Part shown: positions 1 through 10,124 of the stretch, piece after piece
Layout: each line of letters begins with the position of its first letter
How positions within the stretch are numbered: position 1 is the first letter of the stretch
IMG/VR virus record: IMGVR_UViG_3300046660_000488
Coordinates: 1-64,000 of that record
Length of the DNA stretch: 64,000 nucleotides
Strand: one strand, 5' to 3'
Program-made: the position numbers and the translations under genes
Notes under the pieces: model-generated
The model's database searches: none
What the model saw: only the letters and a program-made list of their open reading frames with translations
Told to the model about the DNA's origin: nothing

Positions 1-161
1 TCACCATCACGTTCCCACCCGGCACAACCGGGCAGGAGGTGAGGGATTACGGCATGAGCATGATCGCCACGATGCTCGTGGAAGTGGCCAGAGCGACGCC
101 GGGCGGCATGGACGTTCTCATGGCGGAATTGGCCAAATGGGAAGCGCTCGATCAAGCCTGA
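1..161 (+). CDS. hypothetical protein, 3' part (truncated by window start)
   Basis: Open frame from position 3 to TGA at 159-161 with GC3-rich codons. Confidence 0.5.
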   Translation, partial: TITFPPGTTGQEVRDYGMSMIATMLVEVARATPGGMDVLMAELAKWEALDQA

Positions 162-170
162 ATCATATTG

Positions 171-188
171 AATCTGGTTAACCAGATT
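171..188. promoter_or_regulatory. palindromic operator-like site AATCTGGTTAACCAGATT
   Basis: Perfect 18-bp intergenic palindrome; variants recur across the window. Confidence 0.55.
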
Positions 189-202
189 TCTAAGATGGGG
201 AC

Positions 203-511
203 ATGGATAGCATGTCGCCCCTCACCCCTGCTCAGCGCCTTCAGGAGACCTACCAAATTTTGGAAGGTCTGAAGCCTGCTGTCGAGTTCGAGGTGTCCAT
301 TTACTCGGACGTCAAGCTGCGGATGCGGGGCTCGAACCACGCGGATGTCCCACTGGACACGGTCGATTTTGGGTTCGAAGCGGTCGGTGACGCCCGGCAA
401 GCCATCGGTCAAATCCTGACTGACCCGGCCAATTTGGAGCCGTGCCAGTTCATTTTCTGGTCGCTCGCCGACCTGCATCACTACGTCGTTCACCTGAAAT
501 CGAGCGCGTAG
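203..511 (+). CDS. hypothetical protein
   Basis: 102-aa ORF between intergenic gaps. Confidence 0.6.
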   Translation: MDSMSPLTPAQRLQETYQILEGLKPAVEFEVSIYSDVKLRMRGSNHADVPLDTVDFGFEAVGDARQAIGQILTDPANLEPCQFIFWSLADLHHYVVHLKSSA

Positions 512-615
512 TTATCCCCATTCCGACCCGGATTTAAGGCGGCATTTTACGCCCCCGGCTCGGCCTAAATACCCGTCCGCAAATTTGTTCAAGTCATTTT
601 CTGGAGACCATTTCT

Positions 616-1635
616 ATGTCCGCACCTCCTGCCATGCTTCTCGATCCCGGCTTCAATCTGACATTGCGTCCGATGAAGTACCCGCAGTTCTACGACATGT
701 TCGTCAAGGCTCAGGAGAACAACTGGTCGGTGCAGGAGATTTCGTTCTCGACGGACCTGATTGACCTTCGCGAGAAGGTCACGGCGCCGGAAGTGCACAT
801 CATCAAGCGCATCGTGGCCTATTTCGCGACCGGCGACACCATCGTCGGCAACAACGCGGCCCTGACGCTCTACCGTCACGTCAACAGCCCGGAAGCCCGC
901 CTCTATTATGGGCGCCAGATTTTCGAGGAAGCGCTGCACGTGCAGTTCTACCTCACCCTGCTGGACAACTACATCCCCGACCACGGCGAACGTGAGGCGA
1001 TGTTCGACGCCATCAACAACGTCCCGTCCATCAAGGCCAAGGCCGACTGGACGTTCAAGTGGATGGATCAGATGAACGGCATTGACCGTCTGGAGACGGA
1101 CGAGCAGCGCAAGACCTTCCTGATGAACCTGCTCGCCTTCACGATGGGCGTGGAAGGTCTCTTTTTCTTCGCCGCGTTCGCCTACGTCTACTACCTGCGT
1201 GACCGTGGCCTGCTCCACGGGCTGGCCTCGGGTACGAACTGGGTGTTCCGCGACGAGTCGTTCCACATGCAGTTCGGCTTCTCCGTCATCGACGCCGTCC
1301 GCAAAGAAATGCCGCACCTGATGGATGCGGACATGGAGCAGCGCATCTACGACATGGTCGATGAGGCCATCGAATGTGAAATGATGTTCGCTCACGACGT
1401 GCTCGACATTGGCATTCTTGGACTGTCTGTCAACGACATGCACGAATACCTCCGCTACGTCGCGGACGGTCACCTGACCCGGCTGGGTCTGGCGAAACGC
1501 TACAACGCGAAGTGCCCCTTCGACTTCATGCTCAAGCAGGACATCCAAGCCCTGACGAGTTTCTTCGAGCGCACTGTTGCAGAATACACCGTGGGTATCG
1601 GTGGTGAAGTCAGTTTCGACGACGCTGACTTCTAG
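616..1635 (+). CDS. nrdB: ribonucleotide-diphosphate reductase beta (R2) subunit
   Basis: Di-iron ligands and radical Tyr: FATGD, EEALHVQFY, VEGLFF, RDESFH; C-terminal FFE..V.EY. Confidence 0.96.
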   Translation: MSAPPAMLLDPGFNLTLRPMKYPQFYDMFVKAQENNWSVQEISFSTDLIDLREKVTAPEVHIIKRIVAYFATGDTIVGNNAALTLYRHVNSPEARLYYGRQIFEEALHVQFYLTLLDNYIPDHGEREAMFDAINNVPSIKAKADWTFKWMDQMNGIDRLETDEQRKTFLMNLLAFTMGVEGLFFFAAFAYVYYLRDRGLLHGLASGTNWVFRDESFHMQFGFSVIDAVRKEMPHLMDADMEQRIYDMVDEAIECEMMFAHDVLDIGILGLSVNDMHEYLRYVADGHLTRLGLAKRYNAKCPFDFMLKQDIQALTSFFERTVAEYTVGIGGEVSFDDADF

Positions 1636-1661
1636 TTTACCCGAATAGTTCCTTCTGGGAG

Positions 1662-1693
1662 AGGGTCGATTTCGCGAGAAATCGGCCCTTTTT
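1662..1693 (+). terminator. intrinsic terminator
   Basis: AGGGTCGATTTC-gcga-GAAATCGGCCCT followed by a T-run. Confidence 0.8.
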
Positions 1694-1818
1694 CATGTCT
1701 TGGTTTGAAAGTGTGCTTGTTTGTATACTGTGACTGTACTTATAGGCCAAGTATCAAACCGTTTGACCATTATGTGGGACGTGGTATAATTGCATCATTC
1801 CTTCAACGGAGAGCAACT

Positions 1819-2118
1819 ATGCCTAAACCTACTTCTGAGCACCAAAACCGCATCTGGATTGAACTTGAAAAGCCCCCGAAGAAAATGGCGTCGGCGGAAA
1901 CCCACTTGCTTGGTCATGCTCGCGCCAAACTGGCCAACAACCTGATCGACCGGTTGATGGAGCCATCAGAGCGTAATCCCACCAAGACCCACGTTTTTTG
2001 GAGCGAGCGGGATTACGCATACTGCTTCATGAGCGGTGGGTGGGGAAGCTACGTGGTGGCTGAAGACAATGGACATTGGTACAGCCTCGACTACTTTGGG
2101 CGGCCCTTAACAGAGTAG
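1819..2118 (+). CDS. hypothetical protein
   Basis: ATG 1819 with GGAGAG SD. Confidence 0.65.
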   Translation: MPKPTSEHQNRIWIELEKPPKKMASAETHLLGHARAKLANNLIDRLMEPSERNPTKTHVFWSERDYAYCFMSGGWGSYVVAEDNGHWYSLDYFGRPLTE

Positions 2119-2296
2119 TTCGGGCCTCTACATGCGAGGGGAAGTGGAGGTGTGCACCTCCATTTTCCCCTTGTATTTCAAGGTATCGCATTACGTGTTG
2201 AAAAATATCTGGGTTGTGGACGCAATTTTCGTTGACGAAAGTTGGTTCCCCCTCCATTATGCGGCTCGTAAATGTAACCCTCTCAGAGGAAGCCAG

Positions 2297-3055
2297 ATGG
2301 CTGACGAAAATAAGGGCGGTTTTCTCGGTCGAGCCTTCGGGGCACTCATGGACGAGATCAGCGAGCCACCGCCCGGCTCTGCCCCGGTGAAAAAGTCGCG
2401 GGCCAAGACGCCGCCGATTCCGGCGCTCGATGAAGCACCGGCCGCGCCCGCCAACTATGTCCCGCCTCCGGTCAGCGCGCCGATGAGCATGACCCCGGCC
2501 GCAGCCGCCTACGCGCAAACGCCGTTCTCGGCGGCGATGACCGTGGCCGCCGCACCGCCCGTCGATGAGAAGACCTTGGGTCTGATCAACGAGAGCGTCT
2601 TCACGGCCGAGACCAAGTACGTCCAATTCGACAACGTCTGGAACGCGCTCAACCGCACCGGCGACGTCGGTCAGGTCGTCACCGTCCTGAAGATGACGGT
2701 CAAGGACGCCACGCCGGACAACATCATCGCCGACATCGACGTCCATCTGAAGGCGCTGGCCGCCACGCAGAAGACCGCCAACGAAGAGTTGGAGGGAGCC
2801 GCCAAGTCGATGCTGGGCGGCGCCGACCAACTGGTCGCCGACCTCGTCGCCCAGAACGCCGCAGCGCAAGCCGAGATCGAGCGCCACCAGCGCGAAATGG
2901 GCGAGCGCAACACGCTGATGAACCAAACTCAGCAGAAGCGTATCGCCGACGAGCAGAACATCGCCAGCGCCAAGGCGCGAACCGAAGCGGCGATCCAATT
3001 CGTTTCCGCCCGCTTGAGCACGGCCAAGGCCGCGCTCAGCGCCCTTCCGAAATAA
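2297..3055 (+). CDS. Pro/Ala-rich coiled-coil protein, first gene of the ABC/OmpA operon
   Basis: ATG 2297 after GAGGA; helical heptad-like C-terminal half. Confidence 0.75.
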   Translation: MADENKGGFLGRAFGALMDEISEPPPGSAPVKKSRAKTPPIPALDEAPAAPANYVPPPVSAPMSMTPAAAAYAQTPFSAAMTVAAAPPVDEKTLGLINESVFTAETKYVQFDNVWNALNRTGDVGQVVTVLKMTVKDATPDNIIADIDVHLKALAATQKTANEELEGAAKSMLGGADQLVADLVAQNAAAQAEIERHQREMGERNTLMNQTQQKRIADEQNIASAKARTEAAIQFVSARLSTAKAALSALPK

Positions 3056-3068
3056 GGACCATCCCAAC

Positions 3069-4160
3069 ATGGCTCTGAACGATCTCACCACCACGAGCGG
3101 TGGTAGCCCCCAGCGCTGGGTTCCGCCCGGCGAGAAGAAACTGAAGAATTGGCTGATGATCGGCACCGTGGGTGTCGTCGGCGGCGGGGTCTTCCTGTTC
3201 TTCGGCAACCAAGTCGTGCCCCTGTTCACGAAGGCGGTGGTCAACATCACCGACCTGCTGAACACCGGCATGGGCATGGTCTGGGTGGCCGCTGGCCTGC
3301 TCGCCTCGGTGATCGCCTTCAAGGAAATCTTCCTGCCGGGCGGCAAGATCAACGGCCTGATCCAGCAATTCTATTCCAGCCTCGCCTACCGGGCGCGTAT
3401 GGAATTGCTGGTCGAGGACCCGATCTCGCCGCTGAAGGACAACCGCGAGCGGGTCGCCCGCGAGAAGGAAATCTACTCGAACGAATTCGCGAAATTCGAC
3501 GGGCAGGTCTCGGCCTTCAAGCAAAGCCAGCAGGAATTCCTGCTAAAGGCCAAGGAAGCCGGGAAGCGCGCTAAGGCCGCGCATGACGCCCTCGGTTCGC
3601 TGGGTCAGGACGGCGATCCGGATGTCGTCGGCCGCTATCAGAAGGCGTTCCGCGACGAGAGCTATCGTTCGCAGGAAGCCAAGAAGACGGCGGACAACTT
3701 CGCGGAAGGTATCGAGACTCTGTCTCGCATCCGCAAGATCATCCTGCGTCTGGACGAGGCCGCCGACGAGATCATCCGTCGTCTGGACATCGACATCGAA
3801 AATCTGACTGCGCGTTGGAACATGTCGAAGACCATGCGCTCGATGCGCGACGCCGCCAACAAGATCATCAAGTCCGACAGCAAGACTTCGCTCGCGAAGG
3901 AAGCTGAGGCGATGATCAACCAAAACTACGCCCAGTCCATCGGCATGCTCGAAAACATGCGCGATCAGGCGATGCCGATGCTCCAGTCCATGGACCTCGA
4001 TCAACTGGCCGCCGCGAACGACATGCTCGACCAATGGGAGCAGGAATTGGTCGCTCTTCCGTCGTCGGGCGACAGCAGCGGCGTTCGCGTCGGCGCCGTC
4101 CTCCCCAACGCTCACCAGCAAGGTGCTGTTGCCCCCGGCAAGTTCACCTCGCTGCTGTAA
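3069..4160 (+). CDS. membrane-anchored coiled-coil protein (PspA-like architecture)
   Basis: Two N-terminal hydrophobic segments followed by long charged helices. Confidence 0.7.
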   Translation: MALNDLTTTSGGSPQRWVPPGEKKLKNWLMIGTVGVVGGGVFLFFGNQVVPLFTKAVVNITDLLNTGMGMVWVAAGLLASVIAFKEIFLPGGKINGLIQQFYSSLAYRARMELLVEDPISPLKDNRERVAREKEIYSNEFAKFDGQVSAFKQSQQEFLLKAKEAGKRAKAAHDALGSLGQDGDPDVVGRYQKAFRDESYRSQEAKKTADNFAEGIETLSRIRKIILRLDEAADEIIRRLDIDIENLTARWNMSKTMRSMRDAANKIIKSDSKTSLAKEAEAMINQNYAQSIGMLENMRDQAMPMLQSMDLDQLAAANDMLDQWEQELVALPSSGDSSGVRVGAVLPNAHQQGAVAPGKFTSLL

Positions 4161-4211
4161 CCCTTTTCCACCGCGTACCCCCTTTCCGTTTGCAACAGAG
4201 GGCCACAACAC

Positions 4212-5984
4212 ATGGCTATCAAGAAACAATACCAGTACATCGGGTACGGCCTCGCGGCCCTGCTCGTGGTCGGCGGCCTGAAGCTCGGCATGAACTCGGG
4301 CGTCATCCCGACGCCGTCGCTGTTCAAGTCCAAGGTTCCGGAAAAGTCCGAGAGCTTGGCGGGCAACGTCGCCGTCAGCAAGCCGACGCAGGTCTATGAA
4401 CTGGCCGCCAGCCCGGTCGGCGCGCCGTCCGCGCCGGTCAGCATCGAGTCGATCTCGTGGAACGGCACGGCGCCGACCACCTTCGCCAACGGTGGCCCGA
4501 CCACCACGCCGGATTCGCTGATCGCGAAGTACACCGGCGCGACGGTGAACATCAGCGCCCAAGACAACTACGACAACATGAAGACGAACCTGATCAAGTT
4601 CGCCACCGGCGTCTCGAAGGGTGAATCCGCGCCGCAGGGCTCGGCCTTCGTCCAGATCATGGGCGACGGCTACCCGGCGTTCGTCTCGACCCTCCAGAAG
4701 GCCATGCCGAAGGGCCAAGAAGTCGAGGTGGTCTACGTCACCGGCTTCTCTTACGGCGAGGACAAGTGCATGGGTCCGGCCGCCGCCAAACAAGGCAAGG
4801 ACGGCGCCAAGGGCCTGCTGATCGCCGCCGTCCCCTATGACGGCGACTGGAACATCTGCGTGAAGTGGGCCTCGGACAACGAGATCGCCATCAACACCGA
4901 CCAGAAGACGTTCGACCCGAACGCGATCAACTTCGTCGATACGACCTCGTTCCAAGAAGCCGACGAGAAGTACATCACCGGCGCCTCGGAAACCCGCGAC
5001 GAGATCGTCAACGGCAAGAAAACCGGCAAGAAGGTCACCGTGAAGGTCAACGGCGTCGCCACGTGGACGCCGGGCGACGTGGCCGTGGCCAAGCAAAAGG
5101 GCGGCCTCGTCACCCTCGCCTCGACCAAGGACTACAACCAGCAGATGCCTGCCGTCCTGATCGGCAACAAGCAATGGATGGCCGAACACAAGGCCTTCGT
5201 TGTCAACCTGATCAAGGCGCTGGACCGCTCGGCCTTCGCGATCCGCAACGGCGACACCGGCTTCGGCAAGACCCAAGCCGCCGTCTATGGCACGGCCGGT
5301 GGCCCGCCCTCGACCGCCGAATTCTGGATCAAGTACTACAACGGCTACAACGACACCGACGCGACCGGCATGCCGATCTCGCTGGGCGGATCGCGCGCCG
5401 TGACCGCCGCTGAAGTCAAGACCTACTTCGGTCTGACCCCCGGCTCGTCGAACAAGTACAAGACCGTCTACGACGTGTTCGGCGGCTACGCTCGGGATTA
5501 CTACCCCGACGCCGTGCCGGAGATCATCCCCTACGAGAAGGTCGTGAACACCGAATACCTGCTGGCCGCGCTGGAAGGCGTGAACGTCGGGGCCGCCAAG
5601 TCCGAATTCGAGACCAAGCAAGCCATCACGCAAGCCGTCTCGACCAAGGCCTACGCCATCCAATTCACCACCGGCACGGCCACGATCACCCCCGCTTCGG
5701 TCCGCCTGCTGACCAGCATCCAAGAAAGCGCCGCAATCGCCGGTGGGCTGCGTATCCAGATCAGCGGCCACACGGACGACACCGGCTCGGTGGCGACCAA
5801 CACGGCCCTGTCCAAGGCCCGCGCTCAGGCCGTCGCCGACTGGCTGTCCAGCCGCTACCCGAACGACTTCCCGGCCAACCGCATGGAAGTGATCGGCTAC
5901 GGCTCGGATATGCCGAAGGCTTCGAACGATACGGAAGCGGGCCGCGCCCAAAACCGTCGCGTCGAAATCCTGCTCGGCAAGTAA
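4212..5984 (+). CDS. ABC substrate-binding (NMT1/SsuA-like) domain fused to C-terminal OmpA-like peptidoglycan-binding domain
   Basis: N-terminal TM/signal segment; OmpA motifs ISGHTDDTG, LSKARAQAV, GYG..P.ASN, NRRVEI. Confidence 0.85.
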   Translation: MAIKKQYQYIGYGLAALLVVGGLKLGMNSGVIPTPSLFKSKVPEKSESLAGNVAVSKPTQVYELAASPVGAPSAPVSIESISWNGTAPTTFANGGPTTTPDSLIAKYTGATVNISAQDNYDNMKTNLIKFATGVSKGESAPQGSAFVQIMGDGYPAFVSTLQKAMPKGQEVEVVYVTGFSYGEDKCMGPAAAKQGKDGAKGLLIAAVPYDGDWNICVKWASDNEIAINTDQKTFDPNAINFVDTTSFQEADEKYITGASETRDEIVNGKKTGKKVTVKVNGVATWTPGDVAVAKQKGGLVTLASTKDYNQQMPAVLIGNKQWMAEHKAFVVNLIKALDRSAFAIRNGDTGFGKTQAAVYGTAGGPPSTAEFWIKYYNGYNDTDATGMPISLGGSRAVTAAEVKTYFGLTPGSSNKYKTVYDVFGGYARDYYPDAVPEIIPYEKVVNTEYLLAALEGVNVGAAKSEFETKQAITQAVSTKAYAIQFTTGTATITPASVRLLTSIQESAAIAGGLRIQISGHTDDTGSVATNTALSKARAQAVADWLSSRYPNDFPANRMEVIGYGSDMPKASNDTEAGRAQNRRVEILLGK

Positions 5985-6040
5985 GCTGGAAGGGGAGGGC
6001 TCCGGCCCTCCCCGACCTTCCCTCTCTTTAAGGGCCAGTT

Positions 6041-6817
6041 ATGAAAAACCTCCACCTACCCACGGCCGTGCTCCCCAACGAAACGGTCAAGTCCAACGTC
6101 ACCCTGATGATCGGGCTGGGTTGGATCGCTCTGGTGGCCCTGTTCTGGGCGACCGTTCAGGTCCCCATGGTTCCTGCCCCCGGCCCCACGCTTGGCGAGA
6201 TCGTCAACCAGTGGAACAAGGGCGCCTTCTATCAATTGCTCGCCAGCCTCACGATCAGCTTCGAAGCGATCCTCTGGGCCATCGGCATCGGCCTCGGCCT
6301 CGCCTATCTCGCCACCATCCCGCTGTTCAAGCCATTCGTTAGCGCGCTGGGAAAGCTGCGCTTCCTGAGCCTCAGCGGCACGGTTCTGGTTTTCGTGGCC
6401 TCGTTCTCGGGCCACGGCCTGAAGGTCGCCGTCCTGACCTTCACCATCGTCACCTTCCTGCTCAACGACATGCTTCGGGTGATCGACTCGATCCCGCAGG
6501 AGAAATTCGACCACGCCCGGACGCTCGGCTTCAACCGCTGGGAAGTCCTGCGCGAGGTCGTCATCCGGGGCACGCTGCACGAGGCCTTCGACTCCCTCCG
6601 CATGAACGCCGCCATCGCGTGGATGATGCTGACGGCCGTCGAGACCCTGTCACGCTCGGAAGGCGGCGTCGGCGTCCTGTTGCTGGCCTTGCAGAAATCC
6701 TTCAACCTCCCGGCCGTCTTCGCCGTCCAGATCATGATTTTCGCGGTCGGCATTGCCCAAGACCAGATCATCAAGGGCGCCAAGGCTGCGTTCTGCCCCT
6801 ACACGGTTCGGAAGTGA
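6041..6817 (+). CDS. ABC transporter permease (SsuC/TauC-like)
   Basis: Multiple TM helices; EAA-like loop DHARTLGFNRWEVLREVV. Confidence 0.88.
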   Translation: MKNLHLPTAVLPNETVKSNVTLMIGLGWIALVALFWATVQVPMVPAPGPTLGEIVNQWNKGAFYQLLASLTISFEAILWAIGIGLGLAYLATIPLFKPFVSALGKLRFLSLSGTVLVFVASFSGHGLKVAVLTFTIVTFLLNDMLRVIDSIPQEKFDHARTLGFNRWEVLREVVIRGTLHEAFDSLRMNAAIAWMMLTAVETLSRSEGGVGVLLLALQKSFNLPAVFAVQIMIFAVGIAQDQIIKGAKAAFCPYTVRK

Positions 6818-6822
6818 GCATC

Positions 6823-7767
6823 ATGAGCCTCATCGACGGTCTTCTGTCGGCCAACGAGCCCGACGTCCAGCCGGTGTCCAACGCGGTCACCAACCTCAAC
6901 CCCAACGTCGCGGTGGACGATTACCAGTTCACCAAGAACGAAAACCTGCTCCGGATCACCGGGCTCGGTGTTTCCTTCGGCGATAAGGTCGTCCTGCGGG
7001 ACGTGAACCTCGACCTGCGGAACATCGTGCGGCCGGGCCACAGCCAAGGTCAGGTCACCGCTCTGATCGCCCCTTCGGGCATGGGCAAGACCCAACTGTT
7101 CCGCTGCATCGCGGGCATCCAAGTCCCGACGACCGGCGCGGTGTTCATCAACACCACCGGAGGTGAGGTCGATCCGGCGACGCAGACGCCAGTTCGTCCC
7201 GGTCAAGTCGGCGTGGTGGCCCAAAACTACCCGCTGTTCATGCACCTGACGGTCATGGCAAACCTGCTGATGGCCGCCAAGAAGCGTGAGAAGAACACCG
7301 CTCACGCCAAGGCGATCTGCCTCGACTATCTGGAGCGCTTCGGCCTGTCCGACCGCGCCGACGTCTATCCGCACCAGCTTTCGGGCGGCCAGCGCCAGCG
7401 CGTCGCCATCATTCAGCAAATGGTCTCCTGCGGCCACATGCTGCTGATGGACGAGCCTTTCTCGGGCCTCGACATCCTCGTCAAGGAAAAGGTCGAGAAC
7501 CTGATCAAGGCCGTCGCGGCTCAGGACGAACTGAACACCGTGATCATCACGACTCACGACATTCAGGCCGCCATCGCCTGCGCTGACACGATTCTGCTGA
7601 TGGGCCGCGAGCGTGACCCGGAGACCAACGCGATCATCCCCGGCGCCAAGATCGTCGAGGAAATCGATCTGGCCTCCATGGGCCTGACGTGGCGGCCGAA
7701 CGTCACCGAATTGCCCCAATTCTTCGAGTTGGAAAAGATGATCAAGGCTCGCTTCCACGACCTCTGA
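6823..7767 (+). CDS. ABC transporter ATP-binding protein (SsuB/TauB-like)
   Basis: Walker A APSGMGKT, signature LSGGQRQR, Walker B LLMDEPFSGLD, H-loop THD. Confidence 0.93.
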   Translation: MSLIDGLLSANEPDVQPVSNAVTNLNPNVAVDDYQFTKNENLLRITGLGVSFGDKVVLRDVNLDLRNIVRPGHSQGQVTALIAPSGMGKTQLFRCIAGIQVPTTGAVFINTTGGEVDPATQTPVRPGQVGVVAQNYPLFMHLTVMANLLMAAKKREKNTAHAKAICLDYLERFGLSDRADVYPHQLSGGQRQRVAIIQQMVSCGHMLLMDEPFSGLDILVKEKVENLIKAVAAQDELNTVIITTHDIQAAIACADTILLMGRERDPETNAIIPGAKIVEEIDLASMGLTWRPNVTELPQFFELEKMIKARFHDL

Positions 7768-7792
7768 TCCACAACTTTCTTAACCAAGATTG

Positions 7793-7824
7793 ATGGCGCG
7801 CTCTGGACAGGGGCGCGCCATTTT
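7793..7824 (+). terminator. intrinsic terminator
   Basis: ATGGCGCGC...GCGCGCCAT hairpin followed by TTT. Confidence 0.7.
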
Positions 7825-7872
7825 CGTATGCTGGAAATGTGGTAAACCAGATTTCAGCGTAGACACATTTCG

Positions 7873-8202
7873 ATGCTCACCCTTGACGAAACGCTGTACT
7901 ACTATGACGAGCCCTTGCTGGCGACGTTCCGAGACGAGACGGGTGCACTGTTCATCGGCGTCAAGGTATACGATCCGAAGAAAGAGGAATTCTCGGAGCA
8001 CGACAACCCGTATTTGATCACCGATCTGCTCGACAGCACGTATCAGCAGATCATCAACAACCAGATCAAGCTACACGATGCGTTCCTACTCGGGACGAAA
8101 TGGCGGGTCTACAACTACGACCACGACGATTTCTTCTTCACGCCTGTGTCGCTGAAGAAAGCCCAGCCGCACTTTCCGGGTAAGACCTACCTATCAAGGT
8201 AA
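7873..8202 (+). CDS. hypothetical protein
   Basis: 109-aa ORF. Confidence 0.7.
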   Translation: MLTLDETLYYYDEPLLATFRDETGALFIGVKVYDPKKEEFSEHDNPYLITDLLDSTYQQIINNQIKLHDAFLLGTKWRVYNYDHDDFFFTPVSLKKAQPHFPGKTYLSR

Positions 8203-8233
8203 TTGACGTAGAATTTCACGTCCGTCAGGATGT

Positions 8234-8415
8234 GGATACTCTCTGAGTGTGTCCCAGACGGGGCTTACCTCTTCGGCGACGGCCGAAAGGCATGAGGGGA
8301 GTCTAAAGAACACTCGTTGGCGTGGTTCGGGCCGTTAACCCGAGCGCATGGCGAGTATAAACAAACCCTGAACCGGTGCAGGGAGTGTGGACGTGGGTCG
8401 CTCCTACGTCCACAC
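8234..8415 (+). ncRNA. candidate structured RNA upstream of argS
   Basis: TTGACG-N17-CAGGAT promoter; nested helices ATACTC/GAGTAT and GAGTGT/ACACTC, GCC-GAAA-GGC tetraloop, terminal GTGTGGACGT/ACGTCCACAC stem. Confidence 0.55.
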
Positions 8416-8458
8416 GGCCGGGCTTGACCTAATCTGGTCAACCAAATAGTGTGCCGGG

Positions 8459-10063
8459 ATGAAAAACCATTCCGCCTTGACCGCAGCCTTCGAAATGGAA
8501 GGTATCGATCCCGCGCTCGCGGTGCTCGTTCCCTGCGAAAAGCCCGATCTGGCCGATTTCCAGTGCAACGGCGCGTTCCTCGCCGCGCGCGACATGAAGA
8601 CGAACCCGCGCGCGCTGGCTCAGGCGGTTGTTGATCGCATGGGGGACGACCGGTTTTCGGTGGCCGGACCCGGCTACATCAACGTCAAGCTCACCCTCGA
8701 CGACCTCATCACGGCGCTGTTCGTGGACGAGAACGTCAGCGCCGCGCCCAAGAAAATCTACCTCGACTTTGGCGGCCCCAACGTGGCCAAGTCCATGCAC
8801 GTGGGCCACATGCGCTCGCTGTTCATCGGCGACGCCCTCCAGCGCATCCTACGGGCCGCCGGGCACACCGTGGTGTCGGACATCCATCTTGGTGATTGGG
8901 GCCTTCAAATGGGCCTGCTGACGGCCGCCCTGATGAAGACCACGCCGGAGTCCGAAATCACCCTGAAGATGCTGGAGGAAGCCTACCCGGCCGCCTCGCT
9001 TCGCGCCAAGGAAGACCCCGAGTTCAAGAAAGCCGCCCAACAGGCGACCCGGACTATTCAGAACCCGATGTGGGCGACCGAAGAGCGCTCTTTCTGGGAA
9101 GCGATGGTCCGGGTGTCGGTTGACGACATCAAGCGCCAGCTAAAGCGCCTCGGGATCGAGTTCACGCTGTTCCACGGCGAGAGCACCGTCGCCCGGCTGG
9201 TTCCCGGCATCGTCAAGCAGTTCGTCGATACGCTCATGGCCGTCGAGTCAGACGGCGCCATCGTCGTGCCATCGCTCAACGAGGATGAGCCGCCCATGAT
9301 CCTCCGCAATTCGGAGGGCGGATACCTCTACGCCGCCAGCGATCTGGTCACCATCTTCGAGCGGGCCAAGGACGAAGCCGACGAGATCATCTACGTCGTC
9401 GATCAGCGTCAGGCGTTGCACTTCAAACAACTGTTCGCGTTCGCGGAGAACATTTTCTCGGCCAAGCTGGTCCATGCCGGGTTCGGCACGGTCAACGGCC
9501 CGGACGGCAAGCCGCTGAAGACCCGCGACGGCGGCGTTCCCAAGCTGGACGATCTGGTCCACCAGACCTATCTGGCCGCGCACGCCAAGAACCCTGAGTC
9601 GATCACACGGTCGGAGCAGGTCGGTCTGGCGTGTCTGAAGTTTGGCGACCTGATGAACCCGCGCGAGTCGAGCTACAATTTCGACCCGGACAAGTTCACC
9701 GCCCACGAGGGTAAGACCGGCGCCTACCTTCTGTACCAGTGCGTGCGGATCAAGAGCATTCTGCGTGATCAGCCGGAAGATGACCTGTCGTTCGCCGAAG
9801 TCGCCAACGTCGGCGAGGAAGAACGCACGCTGGTGTTCAAGATGGCCTATGGCTTCACTCAAGCCATGGAGCGCGCCGTTACGCGCCTGTCGCCGAAAGA
9901 GATCGCCGATTACACCTACGATCTTGCACAGACGTTCTCCAAATACTACGCGCACAACCAGATCGCGGGTAATCGGGCGCGTCTTGCTCTGGCGAAGGGC
10001 GTTCACGACCGCCTTGTATACTGCCTCGACTTGCTTGGCATCCAAGTCCCCGACAAGATGTGA
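8459..10063 (+). CDS. argS: arginyl-tRNA synthetase
   Basis: ADFQCN, VAGPGYIN, PNVAKSMHVGHMRS (HIGH), GDWGLQMG, YVVDQRQ.LHF, KTRDGG, YLLYQCVRIKSIL. Confidence 0.96.
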   Translation: MKNHSALTAAFEMEGIDPALAVLVPCEKPDLADFQCNGAFLAARDMKTNPRALAQAVVDRMGDDRFSVAGPGYINVKLTLDDLITALFVDENVSAAPKKIYLDFGGPNVAKSMHVGHMRSLFIGDALQRILRAAGHTVVSDIHLGDWGLQMGLLTAALMKTTPESEITLKMLEEAYPAASLRAKEDPEFKKAAQQATRTIQNPMWATEERSFWEAMVRVSVDDIKRQLKRLGIEFTLFHGESTVARLVPGIVKQFVDTLMAVESDGAIVVPSLNEDEPPMILRNSEGGYLYAASDLVTIFERAKDEADEIIYVVDQRQALHFKQLFAFAENIFSAKLVHAGFGTVNGPDGKPLKTRDGGVPKLDDLVHQTYLAAHAKNPESITRSEQVGLACLKFGDLMNPRESSYNFDPDKFTAHEGKTGAYLLYQCVRIKSILRDQPEDDLSFAEVANVGEEERTLVFKMAYGFTQAMERAVTRLSPKEIADYTYDLAQTFSKYYAHNQIAGNRARLALAKGVHDRLVYCLDLLGIQVPDKM

Positions 10064-10124
10064 TTGACTGGCGGTTCGAACTGTGCTTTAACGCGGGTTC
10101 CTGCAATATTGGAGGCCTGCAATA

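Noticed and set aside
8234-8415. T-box riboswitch for argS
   Set aside because: No GGTGGNACCGCG T-box sequence and no U-tailed terminator; kept only as an unclassified structured RNA.
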